The notes: a model not told the origin generated them from the letters alone. DNA of 64,000 nt from Verrucomicrobiia bacterium (GCA_037128135.1 JBAXXD010000008.1:1482-65481); one strand, 5' to 3'. Counted from the first letter of the stretch, positions 34,276-45,020 are shown. Made by a program: numbers and translations.

Positions 34276-34802
34276 AAACGATCGTCCTCGGCGTCACCGG
34301 ATCCATCGCCGCCTACAAAGCCGCCGACCTCACCAGCCGGCTCGTGAAAGCCGGATGCGATGTGTTCGTGGTGATGACGGCGGGCGCGCGGGAATTTGTT
34401 GCGCCGCTGACATTTCAGACGCTCTCGCGGAACCCGGTCGTCACCGGGATCTTCGACGGGCAGGAAGCCTGGTGCCCCGGCCACGTCGCGCTGGCCGACC
34501 GCGCGGATCTTCTGCTCATCGCGCCCGCGACGGCGAATGTCATCGCGAAGCTCGCCTGCGGGATTGCCGACGACGCGCTGACCTCGATCGCCCTCGCCTG
34601 CGCCGCCCCGCTGTTCATCGCCCCGGCGATGAACGGAAAAATGTGGGCGCACCCGGCGACGCGGGCCAATGTCGCGACGCTCCAGGCGCGCGGGGCCGAA
34701 TTCATCGGGCCCGAAGAGGGCCTCCTGGCCTGCGGCTACGAAGGCATCGGCCGGCTCTGGGATGTCGCGGACATCGCCGCCCGCGTCCAGGCGATGCTGT
34801 GA
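34272..34802 (+). CDS. coaC: phosphopantothenoylcysteine decarboxylase (flavoprotein, CoaC half only)
   Basis: 176-aa ORF whose start overlaps the gmk stop (ATGA). IVLGVTGSIAAYKAADLTSRLVKAG...PAMN motifs. No CoaB (synthetase) domain follows. Confidence 0.85.
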   Translation: MKTIVLGVTGSIAAYKAADLTSRLVKAGCDVFVVMTAGAREFVAPLTFQTLSRNPVVTGIFDGQEAWCPGHVALADRADLLLIAPATANVIAKLACGIADDALTSIALACAAPLFIAPAMNGKMWAHPATRANVATLQARGAEFIGPEEGLLACGYEGIGRLWDVADIAARVQAML

Positions 34803-34866
34803 GAGCGCCCGGTTTTTCCGGCCGAATGTGCTTGATCTTCCGCGCCGGCCGCCAATCCTTGTCGGC

Positions 34867-35568
34867 ATGTTCCGCGCTCTGCTCCTCGTTTTTCTGTCCG
34901 GCGTCCTTTCCGCCTCGGCCGCCGTCCAGAAGGAATACATCTTTCTCAGCGGCGGCCCCTCGCTGATCGAGTGGGAAAAATACAAGGCGGTTCCCCACGA
35001 CATCTGGTGGGGAAATTTCATCCGCGCCGCGCGCGTCCGGATCGAGCAGATCCGCAAGGAGCAGGGGCCGGAGGCCGCGATCACCTGGCTCGTTTACAAG
35101 CCCTCCTACATCCGCCGCGGCGCTCGCCAGGACAAGGCCGACCTGATCGGAAATATCCTTTCCGTCCGCGACAAATACCGCGTCAACCTGGTCTGGATCG
35201 CCAACGGTGACGACGTCATCAACTACCTCAACGCCGGCCGGCCGCGCGACGAGGTCAAAATCGCCGACTTCGAATTCTTCGGCCACTCGAACCGCGCGTG
35301 CTGGATGTTCGACTACAGCAACGAAATCGACAGCGGGTCGAAGAGCTGGCTCCACGAGAACGATCTCGCCAAGCTCCGCCGTGGGCTCTTCACCCGCGAC
35401 GCCCTGATCAAGAGCTGGAGCTGCCACACCGGCGAAAGCATGAGCCGGCTCTGGCGCCGGGCCACCGGAAAAAAGATGATCGGCGCGATCGGAAAAACCA
35501 ACTACGCCGACGGCCACCTCCGCGGCTGGATCCCCGCCCTCAGCGAGGGCGCCCGCTGGGGCGGATAA
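34867..35568 (+). CDS. secreted hypothetical protein
   Basis: The internal ATG 34867 gives the signal peptide MFRALLLVFLSGVLSASAA (233 aa). No family recognised. Confidence 0.6.
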   Translation: MFRALLLVFLSGVLSASAAVQKEYIFLSGGPSLIEWEKYKAVPHDIWWGNFIRAARVRIEQIRKEQGPEAAITWLVYKPSYIRRGARQDKADLIGNILSVRDKYRVNLVWIANGDDVINYLNAGRPRDEVKIADFEFFGHSNRACWMFDYSNEIDSGSKSWLHENDLAKLRRGLFTRDALIKSWSCHTGESMSRLWRRATGKKMIGAIGKTNYADGHLRGWIPALSEGARWGG

Positions 35569-35582
35569 GCCCGGCCGTTTTT

Positions 35583-36092
35583 TTAGCCGCGCAGCAACTC
35601 GCGGTGGAGCATGTCGAGCGCGGCGCTCGTGGCGAGCCGCTTGAACTCCCCGCGGCCGCCGGAAAAATGAAACCTGCCGCACGCGGTCGGCTTTCCTTTC
35701 CGTGCCATCGCGATGAAGACGGTTCCGACCGGCTTCCCGCGGGTGCCGCCTCCCGGCCCGGCGATGCCGGTCAGCGCGAGCGCGAAGTCGCTCCCCGCCT
35801 TCGCGAGACACCCTTCGGCCATCGCGGCGGCCACCGGCCCGCTCACCGCACCGTGAGCGCGGAGCGCGCCGCCCGGCACCCCGAGGTCGGAGATTTTCGC
35901 AGCGTTGGAATACGTCACATACCCGCGGGGAAAAACCTCCGAGGCACCGGGGACATCTGTGAGCCGGTGGGCGAGCAGGCCGCCCGAGCACGACTCGGCG
36001 GTGGAAACCGTGCAGCCCGATTCGCGGAGGTGCCCGACGATCCACCGTTCGATGCGCCCGCCCGCCCGCGCGCCGGGAACCCCGCCGCTCAT
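35583..36092 (-). CDS. pncC: CinA C-terminal domain / nicotinamide-nucleotide amidohydrolase
   Basis: TAESCSGGLLAHRLTDVPGASEVF...GYVTYSNAAK motifs. ATG 36092 overlaps the upstream stop (ATGA). Confidence 0.85.
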   Translation of the reverse strand: MSGGVPGARAGGRIERWIVGHLRESGCTVSTAESCSGGLLAHRLTDVPGASEVFPRGYVTYSNAAKISDLGVPGGALRAHGAVSGPVAAAMAEGCLAKAGSDFALALTGIAGPGGGTRGKPVGTVFIAMARKGKPTACGRFHFSGGRGEFKRLATSAALDMLHRELLRG

Positions 36093-36919
36093 CCGGCGCA
36101 GCACTTGAGGGCCTGCATCCAGCAGCGGACGCGCTCGCGCTTTTCGCCGTCCCCGCGCAGGTCATAGACGTAGAAAAGATTCGCCAGGATGCGGAGCAGA
36201 ACCTGGCGGTGGGTGGCAGCACGGAGATGGCCGTCGTTCAACACGATCCCCTGGCGGAGCAGGATCCCCTCGACATCCTGCCGCATCAAAATCCTGCCGT
36301 GGTGGAACGGATCAAAATAGACCTCGCCGTGCCGCGCGATGAAATGGCCGGGGAGGTTGATCCCCTCGATTTTCATTCCCGCGCGCGCTCCGACCATCAT
36401 GTAGAGCAGGGTCAGGGTGATCGGGATTCCGGCGCGGGTTTCGATCACGCGGGGGAGGAGGGAATTTCTTTCGCAGTAGTAGTCGTCGGTGTTGCCTCGG
36501 AACGCGAGCTCCCCGGAGAGAAAATCCGAAAGGCGCAGCACGCGCTCGCGGTTGCTCACCGCGCCGGAGATTTTCACGAGGAACTGTCGGCCCCAGGTGC
36601 TGAGCTTGTGCTCGTAGGGGAGGATGCAGACCCCCGGCTCCAGCGCCCGGGCCAGCACCCAGCAGGCCTGCTCGACATCCAGGCCGTCCCCGAAAAAATG
36701 GCAGAGAAGCGAAAACTCCTCCCCGGCAGTCCGCCCGCTGATCGTCGTGAGCACCTCGCGGACGTGCCGCGACACGCACTCGTCATCCACCCGCATCAGC
36801 TCCTGCAGGTCGGGAATCTTTTCCTCGCCGCCCGCCGCGAGCTGCTCCTTGACGAGACGGACGGTTTCCGGGTCGTTGTCGTGGAGCAGCCGGATCAGCG
36901 CCTCTTTTTGAGCAAACAT
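36089..36919 (-). CDS. transglutaminase-like/TPR (SirB1-type) protein
   Basis: 276-aa ORF. NSLLPRVIETRAGIPITLTLLYMMVGARAGMKIEGINLPGHFIARH is the SirB1/YchA-type core as I recall it. Confidence 0.7.
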   Translation of the reverse strand: MFAQKEALIRLLHDNDPETVRLVKEQLAAGGEEKIPDLQELMRVDDECVSRHVREVLTTISGRTAGEEFSLLCHFFGDGLDVEQACWVLARALEPGVCILPYEHKLSTWGRQFLVKISGAVSNRERVLRLSDFLSGELAFRGNTDDYYCERNSLLPRVIETRAGIPITLTLLYMMVGARAGMKIEGINLPGHFIARHGEVYFDPFHHGRILMRQDVEGILLRQGIVLNDGHLRAATHRQVLLRILANLFYVYDLRGDGEKRERVRCWMQALKCCAG

Positions 36920-37125
36920 TCTTTATCGAATAAAGCCGGAAAACCGATCGTTGCAAGCGCATCTTCGCCGGGCCGATCTTAGACCGGGCGAAAAAGTCAA
37001 GGATAGCCTTGACGCACGGGCTCCGGGAAATCAATCTTAACCCTTTCGCAGCGCTTGAGGCACCCACTGGCAACAGGGGGGTGCGGGGCTGCCCCAATAA
37101 CCATTTACCCAACAAACCATCACCG

Positions 37126-38160
<1,035 letters not shown>

Positions 38161-38192
38161 CTCTCCGCCGGGGCGTCCTGCCCTGATCCCGC

Positions 38193-39002
38193 ATGAAGAA
38201 GCTCAACATTGCTCTCCTGTTGGCGGTGCTCGCCGCCGGCGTTTACCTCTCGGCCCTTCCGGCCGGCGAGATGCAATCCCTGCAGGGGAGGTTCCTCTCC
38301 GTGCTGGCCCCGTTCCTCCGCACCGGCAATGCCGTGCAGGAGAAGCTCGGATCGGTCGGGCAGGAGCTCAAAACGCTCGACGAACTGGATGCGGAAAACC
38401 GGAAGCTCAGCGACCAGAACCGCGTGCTGCTCGCCACCAACAACCTTCTCCGGGAGATCGAGGCCGAGAACAACCGGCTGCGGACCGCGATCGGATACCG
38501 CGAGCGCTCGGTCTTCAATCTCCTGCCGGCACGGATCATTTCGCGCGATGCCTCGACCTGGTGGAACACGGTCCGGATCAACCGCGGGTTCGAGGACGGC
38601 GTCGAGACCGACCAGCCGGTGCTCACCGAGATCGGGCTCGTTGGAAAAACGACCACGGTCACCAAGAGCGAGTCGATCGTCGTGCTGGTCACTGATGAAA
38701 CCTGCCGCGTCGCGGCCAAGGTCGAGGGAACCCGCGAACAGGGGATCCTCTCCGGAAAACGCATCCAGGAAAGCGGGACGCCCGGCGAGCTCCATTTGAA
38801 TTTTCTGACAAAAAACGCGGTGCTCGAGCCGGGGCAGAAGGTTTATACCGCCGGCGTCGGCAGGGGGGTTTTCCCTTCGGGGATCCTGGTCGGCAGCGTC
38901 AGGGAATTTCGAACCCGTCCGCTGGACGGACAGGCGGCGGTCGATCCCGCCGTGGATCTCTCGGGGACGGAGGATGTCTTCGTGGTGGTGGGGGCGAAAT
39001 GA
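38193..39002 (+). CDS. mreC: rod shape-determining protein MreC
   Basis: 269-aa ORF with an N-terminal anchor, a coiled-coil (ELDAENRKLSDQNRVLLATNNLLREIEAENNRLR) and a beta-barrel region. Positioned directly after mreB. Confidence 0.85.
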   Translation: MKKLNIALLLAVLAAGVYLSALPAGEMQSLQGRFLSVLAPFLRTGNAVQEKLGSVGQELKTLDELDAENRKLSDQNRVLLATNNLLREIEAENNRLRTAIGYRERSVFNLLPARIISRDASTWWNTVRINRGFEDGVETDQPVLTEIGLVGKTTTVTKSESIVVLVTDETCRVAAKVEGTREQGILSGKRIQESGTPGELHLNFLTKNAVLEPGQKVYTAGVGRGVFPSGILVGSVREFRTRPLDGQAAVDPAVDLSGTEDVFVVVGAK

Positions 39003-39544
39003 AAGCGGCCACCGGGCTCGCCGCGGCCTGCGCCGGAGTTTTTCTGGCGCTTCTCCTCCAGCAGGCGCTTCCGGCTGTGCATGTCCTGCACGGGGCGCGG
39101 TTTGTTTTTGTCCCGCTGATTTTTTGCATGGCCGCGATGGCCCTGCCGTTCCCCCTGATGCTCGCGGCCGCGCTCTTCACGGGCTTTCTTTGCGATCTGA
39201 TGTATCTGCATGTGGTCGGGGGGCGGGTTGAAATCGCGCTGGGTTGCTCTATTGTTTTCTTCGTGATTTACGGAAGCGTCGCGAACGGGCTCAGGCCCGG
39301 CTATCTGCAGGGCCACTGGTGGCCGCTCATTCCTCTGGCCGGAGGCGGCACAGCGGCCTATCTCCTGATGCAGTTCGTCATGATTTCTCTGCGGCGCGAT
39401 GGCTTCGAGTTCGATGCCGCCCTGGTTTGGCGGGTGCTCGCCCCCGGGTGCATCGCCTCGGTTTTCGCGCCGATCCTTTACGCGGCGGTCAAACCGTTCG
39501 CCTCGATGCTCCCGCAGGGTTTCGCGACCGAAAGGAGATACTGA
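38999..39544 (+). CDS. mreD: rod shape-determining protein MreD
   Basis: 181-aa polytopic membrane ORF overlapping the mreC stop by 4 nt. Assigned by position and hydrophobicity. Confidence 0.7.
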   Translation: MKAATGLAAACAGVFLALLLQQALPAVHVLHGARFVFVPLIFCMAAMALPFPLMLAAALFTGFLCDLMYLHVVGGRVEIALGCSIVFFVIYGSVANGLRPGYLQGHWWPLIPLAGGGTAAYLLMQFVMISLRRDGFEFDAALVWRVLAPGCIASVFAPILYAAVKPFASMLPQGFATERRY

Positions 39545-39547
39545 TCC

Positions 39548-41776
39548 GTGAAGCGTGCCCGATCCACCACGCGTATCCTCTTTCTCGGACTCCTCATGCT
39601 CATGGCGCTCGCCGGCATCACGATGAGGCTCTGGTATGTGCAGATCGCCCGCGGCGCGGAATACACGGCGCGGATCGGGAACCGATCGCAGGTCTCGGTG
39701 CGCATCCCGGCCGTGCGCGGGGAAATCCTGGATCGGAACGGGATCAAGCTGGTCGAGAACCGCGCGAGCTTCGAAGTGGATTTCTACCTGCCGGACATGG
39801 TGCGCGCCTACCGGGAGGCGAAGGGGAAAGACAATGTGCCGGTGGTGAGCTACCGGGGGCGCGTCCACAACATGCCGCGCGATCTGCAGGAGGCGGATGT
39901 CGTGAAGATCGTCTCCGAGGAGGTCATCCCCCGCCTGGAGGAGCTCGGCGTCGCCGTGGATTTCAACGCGAACGTCCTCCAGATCCATTACCGCAACAAC
40001 CGCGAGATCCCCTACAGCTACCGCCAGGATCTGGGCTTCGAGCAGATGGCGGTCTTCTCGGAAAAAAACCTCGGGCTTCCGGGCGTCAACGTCACCGTGA
40101 AGCCGGTGCGCTGGTATGTCTATGGCTCGCTGGCCGCGCACCTCCTCGGATATGTCGGCATGCCGAACAACCTCGACAGGCTGGCCGACATCCGGGATTT
40201 TAATTTCTACGAGCCCGACATGGAGGGCAAGGCGCAGATCGAGCTTTTTCTCAACGACTTTTTGAAGGGCGAGCCGGGGGCAAGGATCCTGCAGCGCAAC
40301 GTCAAGGGGATCATCGAGGGAGAAGTCAGCCGCAAGGAACCGGTGCAGGGAAATAACGTGTTCCTCACCATTGACGCCCGCATCCAATCCTTCGCCGAGC
40401 AGGCGCTGCGGGCGATCGGCCGCGGGGCCGCCGTCGTGGTCAACCCGAAAAACGGGGACATTCTGGCGATGGCCTCGGTGCCTTCCTACGACCCCAATGT
40501 CTTCATTCCCGCGATCGCCGCGAAGGACTGGGGCGAGCTTACAAAAGACGAGACCAACCCGCTGCTGAACCGCGCGATCAGCGCGTATGCGCCGGGCTCG
40601 ACATACAAAATTCCTGTCTCGCTGGCCGGGCTCCGGGCCGGCGTGGGCGACCGCACGTTCACCTGCAGCGGCGGCGTCACCTACGGCGACAAGTTCATGA
40701 AATGCTGGGTCGTCGACAAGCGCCTCCCCCCGCATGGCACGCTCCACCTCCAGGATGCCATCAAGCATTCCTGCAACGCATTTTTCTACCAGTATGGCAA
40801 TGCGGCCGGCATCGACCAGATCGTCGCGGTCGGAAACATGCTCGGCCTCGGACAGCGATCCGGCATCCCGCTTTCCGGCGAAGCCCCCGGGGTTCTCCCC
40901 GGGCCGGAATGGCTCGCCCAGCGTGAGCCCCAGGGCCGCTGGACATCTGGCCGCACCGCGAACACTTCGATTGGCCAGGGCGACGTGCTGACCTCGCCTC
41001 TCCAAATGGCCATGGTGGCGTCGGCTGTCGCCAATGGAGGAACCGTATTTTATCCGCGCCTGATTGACCGCGTCGTCGCCCAGGACGGAACGGTTGTCTC
41101 CCAGGAGCCCGCCCGTGTGCGCGCCAATCTGGTCGCCGACGCGGGGCTCACGCCGGAGCAGATTGAAAATGTCCGCCGGGGGATGTGGAAGGTCGTGAAC
41201 GAAGGGGGCGGAACGGCCGGCCGGGCGCGCATCAAAGGCACGGAGGTCGCGGGCAAGACCGGCACCGCGCAGTTCTGGCGCTCGGGCGTGAAGGACAACC
41301 ACACGTGGTTCGTTTCGTTTGCCCCCTACGAGGATCCGAAATACGCCGTGGTCGTCTTCGTGCAGGGGGCGAAATCCGGAGGCGGCGTCTCCGCGCCGAT
41401 CGCCGCCAAGATCCTCGAGGATGTTTTGAAGACCGAGGATGGCGGGGAGCCGCCCCTGCTCGCCGCCCTCGAGCCCGCAAAGGGGAATTTCCGCTTCGTC
41501 GAAAGCGTGGACTTCGGCCGCGACATCCCCGCCGCTACGACGGTCGGTGACGATGGCGAGACGGCCGACGCCACTGCAGCCGCCGCCGCCAGCCAGGAAA
41601 ACCGCCCGGCGGCCCAGCCGAACGTGCGCGAGGCCGCCGACGAACGCGGCCGCGTCAGAAACCAGGAGGGCTCGCCGAATGCCCTCCAGAAGTTTTTCAA
41701 TTTCCTCGGCGGAAAAAAAGAGAAGAAAGACGGCGAGAACCGCCAGCAAAAACCTCCTCCCAACACCCGCCGATGA
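39548..41776 (+). CDS. mrdA: penicillin-binding protein 2 (elongation transpeptidase) with disordered C-terminal tail
   Basis: 742-aa ORF (GTG start). SxxK (GSTYK), SxN (HSCN) and KTG (AGKTGTAQ) motifs. The last ~115 aa are low-complexity. Confidence 0.9.
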   Translation: MKRARSTTRILFLGLLMLMALAGITMRLWYVQIARGAEYTARIGNRSQVSVRIPAVRGEILDRNGIKLVENRASFEVDFYLPDMVRAYREAKGKDNVPVVSYRGRVHNMPRDLQEADVVKIVSEEVIPRLEELGVAVDFNANVLQIHYRNNREIPYSYRQDLGFEQMAVFSEKNLGLPGVNVTVKPVRWYVYGSLAAHLLGYVGMPNNLDRLADIRDFNFYEPDMEGKAQIELFLNDFLKGEPGARILQRNVKGIIEGEVSRKEPVQGNNVFLTIDARIQSFAEQALRAIGRGAAVVVNPKNGDILAMASVPSYDPNVFIPAIAAKDWGELTKDETNPLLNRAISAYAPGSTYKIPVSLAGLRAGVGDRTFTCSGGVTYGDKFMKCWVVDKRLPPHGTLHLQDAIKHSCNAFFYQYGNAAGIDQIVAVGNMLGLGQRSGIPLSGEAPGVLPGPEWLAQREPQGRWTSGRTANTSIGQGDVLTSPLQMAMVASAVANGGTVFYPRLIDRVVAQDGTVVSQEPARVRANLVADAGLTPEQIENVRRGMWKVVNEGGGTAGRARIKGTEVAGKTGTAQFWRSGVKDNHTWFVSFAPYEDPKYAVVVFVQGAKSGGGVSAPIAAKILEDVLKTEDGGEPPLLAALEPAKGNFRFVESVDFGRDIPAATTVGDDGETADATAAAAASQENRPAAQPNVREAADERGRVRNQEGSPNALQKFFNFLGGKKEKKDGENRQQKPPPNTRR

Positions 41777-41824
41777 ACTCCATCACCCCGGCGCGCCCGG
41801 CGCGCCGACAACACAAGAAATCAT

Positions 41825-43405
41825 ATGATAGAAACCGTAAAACGCATTTTGGGAATCCGTAAAAAATCCACTGGCATCAAGTTGATCGTCAGCTGCGAGA
41901 AGCTTGAGAAGCGCGTCGCGCTGCTCGAGAACAACATCCTCGAGGAATACACGATCGAACGCGAGACCGACCGCAATATCGTCGGGGGCATCTACAAGGG
42001 GAAAGTCCGGAACATCGAGCACGGGATCAAGGCGATGTTCGTGGACATCGGCTTTGAAAAAAATGCCTTCCTCCAGTTCTGGGACGCGATTCCCGCCGCT
42101 TTGGACAGCGGGATCGAGTCGGTCGCCCGTGCTGGCGATGGCAAGAAAAAGAAGGCGCCCCGCATCACGCACAAGGATGTGCCGAACATCTACCCGGTCG
42201 GCTCCGATGTCATGGTGCAGGTGAAAAAGGGGCCGATCAGCAACAAGGGGCCCCGCATCACGACCGACATCAGCCTCGCCGGACGCTACCTCGTCCTCAT
42301 GCCGTTCAACGACCAGTTCGGGATCTCGCGGAAAATCGACGACCCGAAGGAGCGCGAGCGCCTGCGCAAGATTCTCCGCGAGCTCGAAGTGCCGGAGGGC
42401 ATGGGGATCATCATGCGCACGGTGGGGGCCGGGCAGCGCGCGCGTTATTTCGTCCGCGATCTGAGCATCCTCCTGGAGCAGTGGACGGAGGTTCAAAAGG
42501 GACTCGAGGAAAAGGGATCGCCGGCCTGCCTCTTCGAGGAGCCCGACCTGATCGACCGGACGGTCCGGGATTTCCTGACCGACGAGGTGGACGAGGTCAT
42601 CGTGGACGACGCGAAGGCCGCCCTGCGGATGCAGACGCTCGTCGGGCATGTCTCGAAGCGCGCGAAAAAATCCATCCAGCACTACACCGGGGCGCAGCCG
42701 GTCTTCGACTGCTTCGGCGTGCAGGCCCAGATCGACGCGGCGTTCCACCGCCAGGTCTGGCTCCCGTGCGGCGGCTACATCGTCATTGACGAGACCGAGG
42801 CGATGATCGCCGTGGACGTGAACACAGGCCGCAACAAGGGGGTCCGGGACATGGAAAAGACGATCCTCCAGACGAACCTCGAGGCGGCCGACGAGATCAC
42901 CCGCCAGCTCCGGCTGCGCAACATCGGCGGCTTGATCGTCGCCGACTTCATCGACATGAAGGGACGCCGGGATCAGCAGGCGGTCTACCAGCGCGTCAAG
43001 GATCGCCTCAAGCGCGACAAGGCCCGCACCCACGTGCTGCCGATCTCCCAGCTCGGCCTCATGGAGATGACCCGCCAGCGCGCAAACGAAAGCCTTGCCA
43101 GCGCGGTCTTCGTGGCCTGCCCGCACTGCCAGGGCAAGGGCATGATCAAAAGCCCGATGACCATGAGCGTCGAACTCCAGCGCGCGCTGCATTCGGTGAT
43201 GAGAAAAAACCAGGAGACCATCCACGAGGTCAAGGTCACCGTGCACCCGGAGCTTCTCAGCCGCCTGCGCACGGACGACGAGGATCACCTCGTCGAGATC
43301 GAACGGAGGTACGCCGGACGGCTTTCCTTCCGCGCCGACCCCACGTTCCACCAGGAAAAATTTATCATCACCGACGCGATCACGGGGGCGGAGCTCAAGA
43401 CGTAG
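41825..43405 (+). CDS. rng: ribonuclease E/G family (RNase G-like)
   Basis: 526-aa ORF. S1 domain (IYKGKVRNIEHGIKAMFVDIG), catalytic core and a CPHCQG zinc-link motif. Confidence 0.9.
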   Translation: MIETVKRILGIRKKSTGIKLIVSCEKLEKRVALLENNILEEYTIERETDRNIVGGIYKGKVRNIEHGIKAMFVDIGFEKNAFLQFWDAIPAALDSGIESVARAGDGKKKKAPRITHKDVPNIYPVGSDVMVQVKKGPISNKGPRITTDISLAGRYLVLMPFNDQFGISRKIDDPKERERLRKILRELEVPEGMGIIMRTVGAGQRARYFVRDLSILLEQWTEVQKGLEEKGSPACLFEEPDLIDRTVRDFLTDEVDEVIVDDAKAALRMQTLVGHVSKRAKKSIQHYTGAQPVFDCFGVQAQIDAAFHRQVWLPCGGYIVIDETEAMIAVDVNTGRNKGVRDMEKTILQTNLEAADEITRQLRLRNIGGLIVADFIDMKGRRDQQAVYQRVKDRLKRDKARTHVLPISQLGLMEMTRQRANESLASAVFVACPHCQGKGMIKSPMTMSVELQRALHSVMRKNQETIHEVKVTVHPELLSRLRTDDEDHLVEIERRYAGRLSFRADPTFHQEKFIITDAITGAELKT

Positions 43406-43430
43406 AAAGCCGCGAACTTCCCGCCGGTGC

Positions 43431-43505
43431 TCAGCGGCCTTTGATGGCCGTGAGGACCGCGTCGAATTTTGCGGCCTGTTCGTCGGCGTTCTCCATGCTC
43501 TCCGC
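43431..43505 (-). pseudogene. 3' relic of a PotD-like binding-protein gene (paralog of 49044..50099)
   Basis: The minus-strand frame reads *AESMENADEQAAKFDAVLTAIKGR*. DNA from ~43416 to ~43495 aligns with 49029-49108, including 15 nt beyond the stop. Compare ...EDVGEQASKFDTVLTAIKGR*. Confidence 0.6.
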
Positions 43506-43580
43506 TTATGGGCGGGAGGCCCGTGCCACACGATACTGTGGTGCCTTGTCGGTCTCCGTCTTCTTCGTTTTACAAAATCA

Positions 43581-44990
43581 TCACCGGCACAGCGCGAAGC
43601 CGCCCACGCAGGTGTTCGCGCCGAGGCCGTAGCTCTTCACCTTCACGAAAAGCTCTTTCGCGCCGCGCAGCGCCTCGGGAATCACGAACAGATTCACCGC
43701 GGCGCGGGTCTCCTCGAGCGGCGTCTCCGTCCATACCGCGCCGTCCGCCGACGCGAACACATGCACAGGCTCGCCCGTCTTGCCGTGTTTACTGAGCGCC
43801 GCCAGCACAGCGAAGCGAGTCGCGCCATTCCCCCTCTCCGCCAGCGGCAGCCGGTAGACCAGTTCGTCCACATAGAACCACCACGTGCCGCAATCCCCTC
43901 CCTTGCCGCTCACGAAGGCCGCCTTCGTGGCCTCAGGATCGTCGCCGATCAGCAGGCTCCACACCACGTCTTCTCGGCCCTCGAACGGCCGCGGGATCGG
44001 CCGCGCGGGATTGCTCCGGTCGGGCAGCGCCTCGCCCCTGAAACCCTGCTCCATATCGCAGAACACGCGGGCCGCGATGCGCCCCTCCCTCATCCCGTAG
44101 ATCCAGTAGCCGGCGACGCTCTTAACGTGTGTGATCTGGACAATCTTCGTTTTCGGTAGAGCGAAGACCACGGTGTTGTTGCTGTGCTCGTGACCCGCCA
44201 ACAGCCAGAGCGGCCCCGTATGCGCGGAAAACCCCGAGCATACCGCCGCAGGGATACCGCGCTCGCGTTCGGTCATGCCGAGCGAAGGCTGATGGACCAG
44301 CACCACGGCGGTCTGTCCCGCCGGCAACGCCGCGCATTGCGCCTTGATCCACGTCCGCTGCCGCGCATCGATCCCGCCGTCGTGCCCGCCGTTCCAGATC
44401 ATGAAGCGGATACCCGAATCCTCAAAGGTCTGATACGGCGGACAATCGGGAAAGACGGTTCGGAAAAAGGTGGCGTCCACCTCGCCCGGCAGCGTGTCGT
44501 GATTGCCGATCACCAGCTTGAGCGGAATCTCCGGGCGAAGGCTCATGAGCTTCTCACGAAGTCCCTCCAACTCCTTCCGCGCGCGGGTCAAGCCCTGCGC
44601 GTCCGGCGTGTCCCCGAAGCTGCGTGAGACGCTGCAGCCGTTGTCACCCAGCAGCGCCACGAAGCGCGGCGCGGGGCGCATCGCGTTCCACTCGTCGATC
44701 TGCCTCAGTAGATGTTGGCTGTATTCGGGATCATGCGCGTCGCCGCACACGACGAACACGCTGCTGCCCTCAGCGGCCGGATCGAACCCCGCCGGGCGGA
44801 ACGCCTCCCGCCAATCCGCCGTCCACGCCGGCTCAGCCCCCAACAACGACCAACCCGATACAGCCGACAAAAAGGCGGCGATCTTCAGGAAACTGCGTCT
44901 GTTTATCTGATTGGAAATTGATTTCGACCCTGCGGGGCGTTTGCCCGGAGTTTGAATCTGGCAGCGAGGATTTATAGCAATGATAGGCAT
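43581..44990 (-). CDS. Tat-signal metallophosphoesterase with C-terminal beta-rich domain
   Basis: 469-aa ORF. Twin-arginine NRRSFLKIAAFL. Calcineurin-like motifs VCGDAHD, GDNG, GNHD, GHEH. Confidence 0.8.
   Translation of the reverse strand: MPIIAINPRCQIQTPGKRPAGSKSISNQINRRSFLKIAAFLSAVSGWSLLGAEPAWTADWREAFRPAGFDPAAEGSSVFVVCGDAHDPEYSQHLLRQIDEWNAMRPAPRFVALLGDNGCSVSRSFGDTPDAQGLTRARKELEGLREKLMSLRPEIPLKLVIGNHDTLPGEVDATFFRTVFPDCPPYQTFEDSGIRFMIWNGGHDGGIDARQRTWIKAQCAALPAGQTAVVLVHQPSLGMTERERGIPAAVCSGFSAHTGPLWLLAGHEHSNNTVVFALPKTKIVQITHVKSVAGYWIYGMREGRIAARVFCDMEQGFRGEALPDRSNPARPIPRPFEGREDVVWSLLIGDDPEATKAAFVSGKGGDCGTWWFYVDELVYRLPLAERGNGATRFAVLAALSKHGKTGEPVHVFASADGAVWTETPLEETRAAVNLFVIPEALRGAKELFVKVKSYGLGANTCVGGFALCR
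44908..44947. repeat. interspersed module D, copy 2 (inside the 5' end of the phosphoesterase ORF)
   Basis: TGATTGGAAATTGATTTCGACCCTGCGGGGCGTTTGCCCG aligns with 11817-11857 and 48988-49021. Confidence 0.65.
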
Positions 44991-45020
44991 GGTAGGAATT
45001 GGTTTGTTTATGGGGGAAGG

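Noticed and set aside
34702-36222. 506-aa minus-strand ORF
   Set aside because: It overlaps three better-supported genes (the secreted protein, pncC and the SirB1-like gene). Its composition is shadow-frame-like.
38843-41749. 968-aa minus-strand ORF (the longest in the track)
   Set aside because: It is antisense to mreD and PBP2. PBP2 has SxxK, SxN and KTG motifs in the plus frame, whereas the minus frame has none.
41783-43531. 582-aa minus-strand ORF
   Set aside because: It is antisense to the RNase G gene, which has an S1 domain and catalytic core in the plus frame.
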